Below are positions 53,801 to 64,000 of a DNA stretch of 64,000 bases, piece after piece; position 1 is the stretch's first letter, and each line of letters starts with the position of its first letter. Made by a program: the position numbers and the translations under genes. The DNA comes from Octopus bimaculoides (Eukaryota). The DNA is taken from NCBI RefSeq assembly GCF_001194135.2, contig NC_068984.1, positions 15,378,607-15,442,606 on the forward strand, written 5' to 3'. The notes beneath the pieces were generated by a model. The model saw only the letters and a list, made by a program, of their open reading frames with translations. It was not told the DNA's origin and did not search any database.

Positions 53801-56800
53801 CAACAACATCTCTTGAACTGAATACCAGTAATACCATGAGGATAACATGTTCAGGAAATTACAAGCTGATTAATCACATCAGCGTAACTGGTACTGTAGA
53901 ACATGCTAACACTAAAAATGAATGAGAACATTGATATAATTTCATCTCTTTGGAAATGAACAGAAAATAATACATCCTGTGGACACATCCATCAACATCA
54001 GGCTGTTTAGTTGAAGAAAAATGATGGAGACTGGTTATCCAGGAGGCTAAGAATTAGCAGCTAAATCACTCTCAAATTCCACCATACCACCTTAGACAAC
54101 ACATTAAACAGTATGGTCCTAGGTACACTGTGCATAGAAAACAATAGGATAGTTATGTTTAGAATGCTTCAATCTTGATTGAGTAGATTTTTGATCATAA
54201 GCCTTCTCAATCAAAGCTGACTCGGGGGTCAAACAACAAGATAAACATCCTATATAACAAGGAAACTAGTATACTCAATAAATACCCAGATAGAGCCCAT
54301 TCAAGAATATATAATACTAAACTGTCTACTTTTAACATTTCTAGAACTGAAATCCAAACTATGAAGGAATTAATTCTTCGTTCAAGTCTTCACAATCAAC
54401 ACATTTTGTTTTCACACACTGACAAATTATCAAATAATTTTATTGACAATAAAAATCATTAGAAGACAAAAACTTTTAAATTTCATAAACATTCTTCATT
54501 GGGTGGTAAAATAATTTATCCCAGCCTAATCTACTGCAATCAAATTATAGTTTTATATATGTGAACATTTAACTGAATTTTCAATTTATTTTCCACTAAT
54601 TAATGCAGAGAAGCCATTCATTTAGATAAAAAAAAATATATGACAGAAAGCTATCAAGCATGGTTGTGCAGTTAAGAGCGTCACTTCATAGCCACATGTT
54701 TCCAGGTTTGACCCACTGTTCAACACTTTGAACAGAATTACTTCTAGCTTCAGGTTAACCAATGCACTAGGAGTGAAATTTGGTGGGTGGAAACTGCAGA
54801 AGTTGTAGGTGTATGTAATTGCATGTGGGTTGCTTGAGTGACAAGCCAACACTGCTTGTCAGAGCCAAAGATAATTGTAGATTATTCTAGACTTGCTGAT
54901 AAGTATTGTTGATATAAAGTCAAGCATACAAAACTTTTATGTATGAGGAAATCATCTGCCTTACCTACATGCAATTATACCAACCTCTACATACAACTAA
55001 TGCATCTTTTTTGCAAGGAAAAAAAAAAACAAATTACAAATGTGTACATCAGTGCAGGTACCATGTGGTATTTATATCCACCTTTAGTGAGTTTAACTCA
55101 ATAGGTGAATTTAGATGTTTAAATAAAGACATCTATAAAAGAAGTACAAGAATAAGTAAGGACATTAATATAATTGACAAAAACCAATAAAGTGCCCTAG
55201 AATGGTCGCAGTTTAAAGACTGAAACCAGTAAAAGAATAATCTGGATGACATACTAACCAATATTTTTATACTAGAGACCCCACATAAAATTTCATTGTT
55301 CATGCACTTTTAATCAACTCAAAATCCAGAGAATGGATCACATTGTATGATCATCATGATTAATCCCATAAAACTGCTTGTTTTATCAGAAGGAGGAGGA
55401 AAAGCAAGGAATGTACTTAATTTTGAAATATTAAATAATTGGAAGAGAATATTAAAATGTTACTAAGGCAAGGAACAGAAAAACATGCAATATCCACAAA
55501 TGTATTTACTAATTATTGAAATCAAAATTAAGGTACAAAAAATTATTTTAATGTTGTATTGCGTATAATTCCCCCATGCTAAATGTAATTGATATAGACA
55601 TTTCAATACACCCATAAAAGGATGTATTAAGAAAGGGAGTAATCTTAAACATATATCCCTCATTGTAATATGCAGTAAAATGTTGATAAAATATTTCAAG
55701 AGAAGAGAGAGAAAATAGGCCACAATTCACCAAAACTTACTTGATTTCAACTTCATTTATATACTTTTTTTTTTTTTTTTAATTCACACAAAATATATAT
55801 TTCAATCTGTTCTAATATTAGAATTCTAAGTTTGTAGAAATACACAAGAAACTAAATAACACTTTGTTAACACCATTCAAGAAGATATATTACAAAATAA
55901 TTGTTTGAATTAGTCTCATAGAATATTAGTACAACAGGTAAATAATTCCTGTGAGATATGGCTGGAAATGGGTAATGGAGTGTGATTGGCAGCATTAACA
56001 CAACCATTTGCATCAGCATAGAACTACTTACGGCCCACGAGAGCGTTGCCTGGAATATCTTGAACGTCGGCTTGCAAAAAAACAAAAATTCAAAGCTTTT
56101 TCACAAACAAAATTAATTGCAGCACATGCATTTATGGAAAGCTTGTGAAGAGAGTGACTGAGTAAATTTAATGTCCATAACTTGGAGAAAAGTTGGAGAA
56201 ACTAGTTGTAAGAGTAACTGCTTTATTAGAACACGTACCAATAATTTAAAAGATTATTAATTTAAAACCTAAAATGAGAGTTAGAAAATTAACCTTAGTA
56301 AATGGAGACCTACATGAATGTTGCAAAGTGGGTGAAATCTCAACAATTTAATCATCTTTAAACATCTTGAGAATTTTTGCTATTTGCTGTGTAAATGTTC
56401 AAAATGATAATTATATACAAATTATCTATAACCAAATATTAATTTAACTAAGATCAGAATTTGATTCCCATTCCTTAACACCATTAATTATTCTGAAAAA
56501 GGCATGAACAAAATGTTCTTCATCAGCTACTCAATCTTTAGGACTTTATACATTGAAGAAATCAATTATCAAAAATAGATGTCAGTATTTTGTTTATTTA
56601 CTTTTTAAATACAATCTTACTAAGTCAAAACAAGGGAAAATAAGACATCTAACAACATTTACTATTAAAATGAGTTAGTTACGTTCATATAAAAAGGAAA
56701 GAGTAATCTAGCTCAAATTTCTAGACAAGAGGAAGAGATGGTGGTGGTGGCGGCGAGGGGGGGGGACTAAAAATTATATGAAGTGTAAGGACTAAGGGAA

Positions 56801-58212
56801 GTACTTGTCACTATCTCCTATTATGGTGAGTAATATGTGTACAGCTTAGTTCCCTCTGCCAGCCTAAATATATTGTATATGGAGAGGGGATAGAGGCACT
56901 TAGCAGGAGAGAACTGAAGTAGCTGTACAGCTTGTTGAAAATGGCTCTGGTGGTAAAAACTGCTTAGACAACGAGAATATTTATGTTATCAGAAAATTAA
57001 CTGAAATAACCTTCAATCATGTGGCCGATGTAGTTAGGCTTAGTAACCTATTAGCTAAGTTCATTACAGTATTACAAAAGAATACAGACAAGATAACAAG
57101 GCAAAGGAAAAATACTCTCTATAAATAGGTACTACTAGAATGAATAATTGAAACATTGGTTCTTTAAAGCTGGTAGTATATCAAATCACAGCAAAAAGAG
57201 AAAAACCTAAGAAAAATAAACAAAATATTCACTACATAAAACCAAAATTGNNNNNNNNNNNNNNNNNNNNNNNNNNNNNNNNNNNNNNNNNNNNNNNNNN
57301 NNNNNNNNNNNNNNNNNNNNTTTTTTTTTTTCTAATGGCATATCTCATGGGAGGGAGAATCGATATGCAGATTTCTCGGTACATCTTTACTTTCCATCAG
57401 GTAATAAACTTTCTAATTTCCAAGTATATTGCATTAAATTTTATGAAATTATTGTTATATAAATTTAAATAACAAAGCAGGTTTTTTGATGATTCTACAT
57501 TCATTAAATTTTTTTTTTTAATGTTTAGCTAGAAATTTAGAGATTGCAACTTAATGAATGGTAGTCAGCAAAGTTTCCATCCTATTGTTATTATCTGATA
57601 CAAAAGCAAACATAAATGTGTAAAAGTTTCTTTCACAAACATCTGTAACAGAACTCAATAAACATAATAAATTCTTCAGGGATTAGCATGTATTACTAAC
57701 AATTATGCAGGGTAAGTCAGTAGATAATATTAAAAAATCAAAATTACAAAGGAAGCATAATTATGAGAACAATTCACACATGTTTGAGGATTACAAACAA
57801 GAGAGTACTCAATACATGTAACAGAGTTTAAATGGAAAGGCTAAGGTGTAACTACTCAATGCTTATTCATTTTCAGTTGTTGCATATGTTGTTATTTTTT
57901 TACTCACTTGAATTATCACAATTAACAACAGAATGAATCATAACTATATATAGCTTGGCTTTTTGCCTGGTCTCCAAGAACCCATATATATTAAAGGGAG
58001 GAGAACCGAATGCAGAATGCATGGTACCAAATGGATACCCCCAAAGCATTGTGCCAATGCTCTAACAATCCACCAGTTCATCACCCTAAATTGCTGCTAT
58101 ATATTTAACGAGCCCAGAAGTATGGATGGCAACGGTGACCTGGTTGGGATTTGAACTCAGAGGGCAGAAGGCCAGAACAAACAGTGATTCAAAGAACTCT
58201 GTGAATTCAGCA

Positions 58213-58264
<52 letters not shown>

Positions 58265-59076
58265 CCTTATCCCTTTACCTAGAATCACTGCTCTACTCTA
58301 TCTCCTATCCCTCCTTGATTATAGGGGCCACTTTAGCCTTGAAACTACAAGGTGATCTTCACTAGTCCAGTACCATGAAAAAAATTCTATACAATGTCAA
58401 GTGGTTGGTGTTAGGAAGGGNNNNNNNNNNNNNNNNNNNNNNNNNNNNNNNNNNNNNNNNNNNNNNNNNNNNNNNNNNNNNNNNNNTATATATATATATA
58501 TATATAGCTTCTTCTTATATAGTATAATCTTACTTAGTATATAGTATCAGTTACCACACTAATAAAACTATTTAATAAACAATTTAATAAACTATTTAAT
58601 AAACTATTTAATAAACAATAAAATCATTATTTGAGAAGCCATTAACTCAGGCAATTCTAAAATTCATAGTGTGAGTGTGAAAGAGAGAGAAAAGAACTCA
58701 GTTATAAGAAAGGCAGTATTTAAGTAAAAAGTTTATGGTATTGTGAAGTGATGCTCATAAAATGCAGAGTAAACAGAATTACAGAGATGAGCATTTAAAA
58801 AAATACAAAAAAAAATGTATATGAAACAAAAACAATGCACTTGTACATTATTTTTCACACTTTGCTATTTAGCCTCATCTTTACTTCTAAACATTTTATC
58901 ACATTATTACAAGTAGATTGTTACAAAGCAAGTATCTTACTATACATCCTGACCTTTTGTGACCTAAATAGACAGCCTGACTATCAGTACTTTGTGCATT
59001 GTTATAGGAATTTTGTTACGAAAGAGATTCTGATTCTTTGGTTAAAGGATGTAACTTAAGTTTAGAAACAAAATAT

Positions 59077-59114
<38 letters not shown>

Positions 59115-62100
59115 CATACATATATATATACATACATACATATATGTGTGTGTGTGTGTGTGTAGTAAGAATCATTCTTTGGCAGATGAAACTTTTTCAA
59201 TTTCCAATGAAATAATTACATTTCGAGAATAACAACACATATGCCCATGCCAGCATAGTTAAATAGTTTATTGTGCAAATGTGATTCTGGGTTTGACCTC
59301 CACTACACAGCAGTTTTGGCAAGTGACTTGTATGCAAATTCAACTTATAACAGAAAGACATCTATGAAATTTGGCAGAATGAAAACGGGCACAATCCTGC
59401 AGCATGTGTATATGCACATGTTGTCTACTTGTCCTGTAATTTAGCGATTTAAGAAAAAACCTCTGAAGGTGATATTCCAGCATGAGTAAAACAAGTTAAA
59501 GAATATACACATTAGATAAGCAAAATCTTGGCCTGTTTGAAGAACTGTTTTTTATTAAAGATTATAATTTCTCTCTCTCATGTGTACAAGCAAGTGGAAA
59601 TGCATTTTTAGAAACTACCAAGGCTTCCTTTTGTAAGCATACAATAGTTTTGCAAAACTGGGAATTGACAAAAGAGATCCTATGCTGCAAACATACACTC
59701 GCACAACCTTTAATTTTTTCAATAAAAATCAATAGAAAATAGCAAAATGTACGGGAGTTATTAAAACTGAAGCACAAAATCGTTTAAAGATATGTTTGAA
59801 AACCTACAAAGTGCAAAGCAACAACCCTAGCAAACAATAGCAGGAAGAAGGGGAAATTTTAATGAGTTTAGGCTTAGCTTAAATTAAAAAAAGGAAGTAA
59901 AACGCCCTTTGATGCTCATCTAATTTCTGTAACAATAAGCAAATGAGAAAGAAATATCAGCTGTGCTGAATAGTGAGTATAAGACCTGGTATCTTTTATC
60001 TCAATAAACTAAGTAGAATTAAGTGTTTTGGTTTGAGAAACAACACATCACATGACTCAAGATCTAATAGACAGATAACAGTGTTCCATCTACTGAGTAA
60101 AGATAGTAGCTCATTAAATTAAATAAAAATAGGCTTGGCTATACAGCCATGAACTATACAAGTAATGACTGCTTGTCTACTGTTTCTTACAGATATTGGC
60201 TGCAAAGTAGAATTGTAGAAACTATCAAGCAAGAACAGTTCAAATGGTGCAGTATTTGTATCTAAAGCTATTATAAAGAGCATAAAATTGAGAGTAAACA
60301 AATGACCAACAAGCTGAATTATTATCCACCGGTATCTGGTCACACATGTTTTTATGTCAAAGACAATTAACTCTCAATGGTCCAAACTAATAATCTGCAA
60401 ATAGCTACCAAAAATGAAGTATACATAATTCACTGAAGGAAACAAGAGGCACTTCAATTGACAGTCGTATCGTGATTAACAAGCAGCACTATTTTCAAAT
60501 TTCTTTCATAAGCAAACTATGGGAGATCCAAGAGAAATATCCTTTAATTTGACATCTTGAAAACTTAAATCAGCTGCAGCAATAGTGGTAGTTAAGAAAA
60601 TGTATATCAATATATGCTCTGCTGCAACAAACTTCAAACTGTGTCAGCAATGTATATTGCAAATAAACAGGTTCACTTTCACAGTCATGAATTAAGAAAG
60701 TGAATTTGTAAATGGTATCTATACAAACAAAGCTACACATACACAAGAAACAAAATACTTGTGTAGATATTATCAAAGAAGCAATTACCAAAATAAATTC
60801 CTAAATTATCCTTAAGGTTATACCTCTTATATACACACATGATAAAAAAAATTTGTGAGCTAAAATGGAAAATAGTCGATGAAAAAATTCAGAAGTTCAG
60901 CAATTGCAAATCTATTTTTATGAACATTATATCAACTACATTGCTACATGACTATTGAACTGTGTCAACTTTTACAATAACAATAGCTCTTCATTTACAT
61001 AACAGAGCATTTCCAATTTCTTCCTTCTTGCTCTGAGCCAGCTAAGAATACTTGTAACATTTAACTATACATCAATAACAACCATAATGAAATACTAACA
61101 CCATAGGGTGGAAAATTTAACAAAATGACATTATAGTTGGTGCTGTTTAGTATCAAATCAGCCTTGGTCAAGTAGAGTTACAGTCAAAGGCATTCAAGCC
61201 ATCATCATTCAGCCTTTAACATCAAGGACAGCATCATTCAATATTATCCTGGTTTCACATCTTGGCATTTTGCTTTAAGGCAATTTGGTCATTTCTTCTA
61301 GACAGTCAAGTAGCTACATAAAGACTCTCCAATTATCAGATGAGCTAGATAATTCAATTGTAACTGAACATTTATTATTCTATTTTCTCGCGTTTCCTGA
61401 CACTCCTCAAGCTTGATTAATTCAATGCAATGTGAATAAACAAGCATTACAGTTGACAATAAATGCTAAAGGGTTTTTAAAAAAGGATAAATAGTGGAAG
61501 CTAGTCTGCTAATATCCAATCAGCATTGTTCATGCTCAATGATCCTGCAGTTATCTGATAGTTTACAAATACTTTCACTCAGAAAAACATAATTCACCAA
61601 TACAATTAAGGAAGGACTCTTTAGTCTAGCTTCAGCAACACAATGAAAAACAAGATACATTTTTCTGCACCGTTTATAGATTGTTGCAACATATCAGAAT
61701 GAGGGAGATTCTTATGGAACTGAATGAAAATGCTTTTATGACACAAAATAGAGAAGATATCTTCATTTAATATATCCAACTTTTTTTTTCCCCCAGCTAA
61801 AAAAGCATTTCTACAGCCAAAAATAAAATAAAATAGAGCGAATTTTAGCCAAAGACCATAACAAGAAATGGTCTTATTTTCATGTGAGAAATATAAATGA
61901 AGTGCAGGAAAGAAAAAGTTGTGCAAAGAATAATGGGCGTTTAAGCATAAACTTTTCATAAATAGCAAATAATAAACAAGAAGACCATGCTAACATTTAA
62001 AATCGAACTTTGTTGCTGCAAAAAGAGAAAGATATTAGATATGAAGACAATTCCCTTAGTCTAAAGAACCTACCTCGCAACATCCTTCACCTCAACACAT

Positions 62101-62140
62101 TTCCCAAAGGTGCCTTCACCAAGGGTCTGAATAATTTCAT
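32596..62140 (-). CDS. CLK2: CLK/Doa-family (LAMMER) dual-specificity kinase, multi-exon, 5' part outside window
   Basis: Spliced exons give [53 protein letters not shown] and RITL..HPFF/DPFF in the correct order, with matching phases and GT-AG sites. The symbol is nominal; this is probably the invertebrate CLK/Doa orthologue. Confidence 0.97.
36460..36650 (-). mobile_element. RTE 3'-end copy with (GAT)n tail in the Y1-Y2 intron
   Basis: Reverse complement of ...CATGCTAGCATGGAAAGCGGACGTTAAACGATGATG. Confidence 0.85.
38944..38949 (-). terminator. Candidate poly(A) signal for the Y1 isoform
   Basis: AATAAA on the minus strand ~340 nt after the Y1 stop. Confidence 0.45.
39286..39615 (-). CDS. 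CLK2: CLK proximal terminal exon Y1 (109 aa): [40 protein letters not shown]...GDHLQH*
   Basis: tccttacag|CAC acceptor, phase 0; kinase subdomain XI motif; TAA at 39286-39288. Confidence 0.92.
   Translation of the reverse strand, partial: HYLRDKGIQHLQLFDLIEKMLEYEPHYRITLAETLAHPFFKPLLKEQPHLEHKPSVPKEPRMLDRRKSYQGSELSSENHGDRDCVKTKSEGPGKSDVSYSYLPGDHLQH
41687..41840 (+). mobile_element. RTE 3'-end copy with (GAT)n tail in the X2-Y1 intron
   Basis: GGCGTTAGGAAGGGCATCCAGCTGTAGAAAC...GTTAAACGATGATG. Further copies at ~27501-27648(-), ~28923-29065(+), ~49095-49170(-) and ~49480-49782(+). Confidence 0.85.
45727..45817 (-). CDS. CLK2: CLK alternative exon X2 (paralogue of X1): [30 protein letters not shown]
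   Basis: ctccaaag|A...AAG|gtgagt; 91 nt, phase 2 to 0; ctaat/ctaac branch-like motifs ~35-45 nt upstream. Confidence 0.92.
46834..46921 (-). CDS. CLK2: CLK alternative exon X1: [29 protein letters not shown]
   Basis: ttttaag|A...TAT|gtaagt; 88 nt, phase 2 to 0. Confidence 0.93.
48200..48279 (-). CDS. CLK2: CLK exon, LAMMER motif: [26 protein letters not shown](R)
   Basis: ggttag|ACA...TCTCG|gtaagc; 80 nt, phase 0 to 2. Confidence 0.97.
48724..48806 (-). CDS. CLK2: CLK exon: [28 protein letters not shown]
   Basis: ttttag|AA...CAG|gtaaa; 83 nt, phase 1 to 0. Confidence 0.97.
50542..50671 (-). CDS. CLK2: CLK exon, DFG/activation segment: [43 protein letters not shown]
   Basis: ttctag|AGG...TTGG|gtaagt; 130 nt, phase 0 to 1. 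Confidence 0.97.
50826..50920 (-). CDS. CLK2: CLK exon, catalytic loop: (F)[31 protein letters not shown]
   Basis: ttttag|TC...AAG|gtaat; 95 nt, phase 1 to 0. Confidence 0.97.
51864..51939 (-). CDS. CLK2: CLK exon: [25 protein letters not shown]
   Basis: ctgcag|AAAGAC...AATT|gtaagt; 76 nt, phase 0 to 1. Confidence 0.95.
52140..52230 (-). CDS. CLK2: CLK exon: [30 protein letters not shown]
   Basis: tttcag|...TTG|gtaagt; 91 nt, phase 2 to 0. Confidence 0.97.
53262..53554. other. Assembly gap that may hide the missing VALKIIKN/alphaC exon (alternatives 57251-57320, 58421-58487)
   Basis: No exon encoding VALK..KYREAAKLE was found between 52231 and 62073 on manual reading. Confidence 0.5.
56032..56070 (-). 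CDS. CLK2: Putative 39-nt cassette microexon encoding [12 protein letters not shown]
   Basis: ttttttttgcaag|CCGACGTTCAAGATATTCCAGGCAACGCTCTCGTGGGCC|gtaagt. The phase-2 frame required by the flanking exons gives an RS-rich peptide with no stop. Confidence 0.75.
62074..62140 (-). CDS. CLK2: CLK exon, Gly-rich loop: (Y)[21 protein letters not shown](S/R)
   Basis: tttcag|ATGAAATT...GCGAG|gtaggt; 67 nt, phase 1 to 2. Confidence 0.95.
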
Positions 62141-63617
62141 CTGAAATTAAATATAATGCTCAAATAATCCCTAGTATATGACAAATGGTACTGGTTAATT
62201 ACCAGTTTAGAAAAACACTTCATAGCAATGCAACAAGAGGCTGGCAGCGAAACTACATAAAAACGGTATTTATCTTATTTTGAAAACTGAAAGGCTCAAT
62301 GGATGAGAGTAAGTTACAGTTTTACAGCAATATAGTTTTCATCCATTAGGATAGATTTAACACACTTTTGAAGTAGACAAATTAGCTTCATACTTGGGGT
62401 AAATGAATAAGACTTATGACAAATATATTTTAAGCTATCAAATATGCACTGAAGCATCCAAATAAAGTACCTCATATATGAGAGGTCAGAGAACTTTAAA
62501 ATAGTTTTTCATAGTAAATGCTTTAATGTATCCTAATATATTTCAACTAGTGATTGCTTTTCAACTAGCTTCTTAAAGCTATAAGCTATATATATGTATG
62601 GACATATAAAAATGCAAAAGTATTTTTTTTTTAAATAAAAGCTAGTATTGTTGTTCTGAAATGATGTTGAAAAGTATAATGAATACATTAAAGTCTTCGT
62701 TAAAAAATGTCTAAGGTGTGTATTTATCTGTACACATCACAGTATCTTCCAATATTATATGAAAATGTCAGATGTGTCCTTAAAGATTTTGACATATCTA
62801 ATGAAACAAATTCTAATTTTCGTAGTTATATTCAGTTCAATGTATCAGATATGTTTCTAAGGCATGTAAAACATTAAGGACTGAAAATTTAATATATATA
62901 TATATATATNNNNNNNNNNNNNNNNNNNNNNNNNNNNNNNNNNNNNNNNNNNNNNNNNNNNNNNNNNNNNNNNNNNNNNNNNNNNNNNNNNNNNNNNNNN
63001 NNNNNNNNNNNNNNNNNNNNNNNNNNNNNNNNNNNNNNNNNNNNNNNNNNNNNNNNNNNNNNNNNNNNNNNNNNNNNNNNNNNNNNNNNNNNNNNNNNNN
63101 NNNNNNNNNNNNNNNNNNNNNNNNNNNNNNNNNNNNNNNNNNNNNNNNNNNNNNNNNNNNNNNNNNNNNNNNNNNNNNNNNNNNNNNNNNNNNNNNNNNN
63201 NNNNNNNNNNNNNNNNNNNNNNNNNNNNNNNNNNNNNNNNNNNNNNNNNNNNNNNNNNNNNNNNNNNNNNNNNNNNNNNNNNNNNNNNNNNNNNNNNNNN
63301 NNNNNNNNNNNNNNNNNNNNNNNNNNNNNNNNNNNNNNNNNNNNNNNNNNNNNNNNNNNNNNNNNNNNNNNNNNNNNNNNNNNNNNNNNNNNNNNNNNNN
63401 NNNNNNNNNNNNNNNNNNNNNNNNNNAATTTCTTAAAATCAAAATAAATAATTAAATTTATCAAAAGGTGGGAGAATTTAATGAAACGCAAAAAAAAAAT
63501 TTTATGAGACAAATTATGTTTTGGAGAAATTGAAAATAAAAAAGCTATCGCCCCAGTTGATTTAGAAACAAAAATATGCTAGATATTTCATACAGGGATA
63601 TGAAATATATATATATG

Positions 63618-63648
<31 letters not shown>

Positions 63649-64000
63649 ATATCAAGAGTAGTCTAGTATACAACACTTGATTTTTAAGCTACACTGCAGA
63701 CGTGGAAGACGCAAATTCTTGTTTCAAGTGTTTATAATAACAAAAAATAATATGGAAATATCTTCAGTATAATTTAAATCCACTGAACATCATTAAATTA
63801 ATTAATTATTTAGTATTAAAACTAACATTATTTCAAGTTTACATCTTCTACAACACAGTTTAAATCTTAAAAAGGGCATTGAAAATATGAGAATTAAAAA
63901 AAAAATTTAAACCAACTACTCATTGATTGTAACTAAAATTTGCTAACTCTATCCAAACAATTACTATATTAAAAAATCAATTTGTCCTAATTGTATTTCA

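Noticed and set aside
57360-57395. Possible missing KYREAA exon (TACCGAGAA on the minus strand)
   Set aside because: It reads MYREICIS, with no VALK or EINVL context.
62141-64000. Upstream CLK exon (DDxEGHL) or promoter
   Set aside because: Not found; presumably beyond the window or in the 62910-63426 gap.

Overview
Eukaryotic, AT-rich, gapped scaffold; the SINE/RTE repeats and microsatellite load suggest an octopod cephalopod (inference). Bases 1-31.8 kb are repeat-dense intergenic DNA: three recurring tRNA-type SINE families, RTE-LINE 3' ends, and relics of a Penelope-like element and a MULE transposase. From ~31.9 kb to the window end, the minus strand carries the 3' part of a CLK/Doa (LAMMER) kinase gene, reconstructed exon by exon with consistent GT-AG phases. 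Its 5' exons lie beyond the window and the VALK/alphaC exon is not visible (probably in an N gap). Main observations: (1) both of the last two kinase exons are duplicated in an interleaved X1-X2-Y1-Y2 layout, giving a mutually exclusive exon pair plus two alternative terminal exons; (2) a 39-nt in-frame RS-rich microexon lies inside the kinase N-lobe; (3) a near-identical inverted repeat pair brackets the proximal terminal exon; (4) a palindromic head-to-head dimer of a tRNA-headed element carries degenerate hammerhead-ribozyme cores. All of this comes from manual reading; no searches were run.
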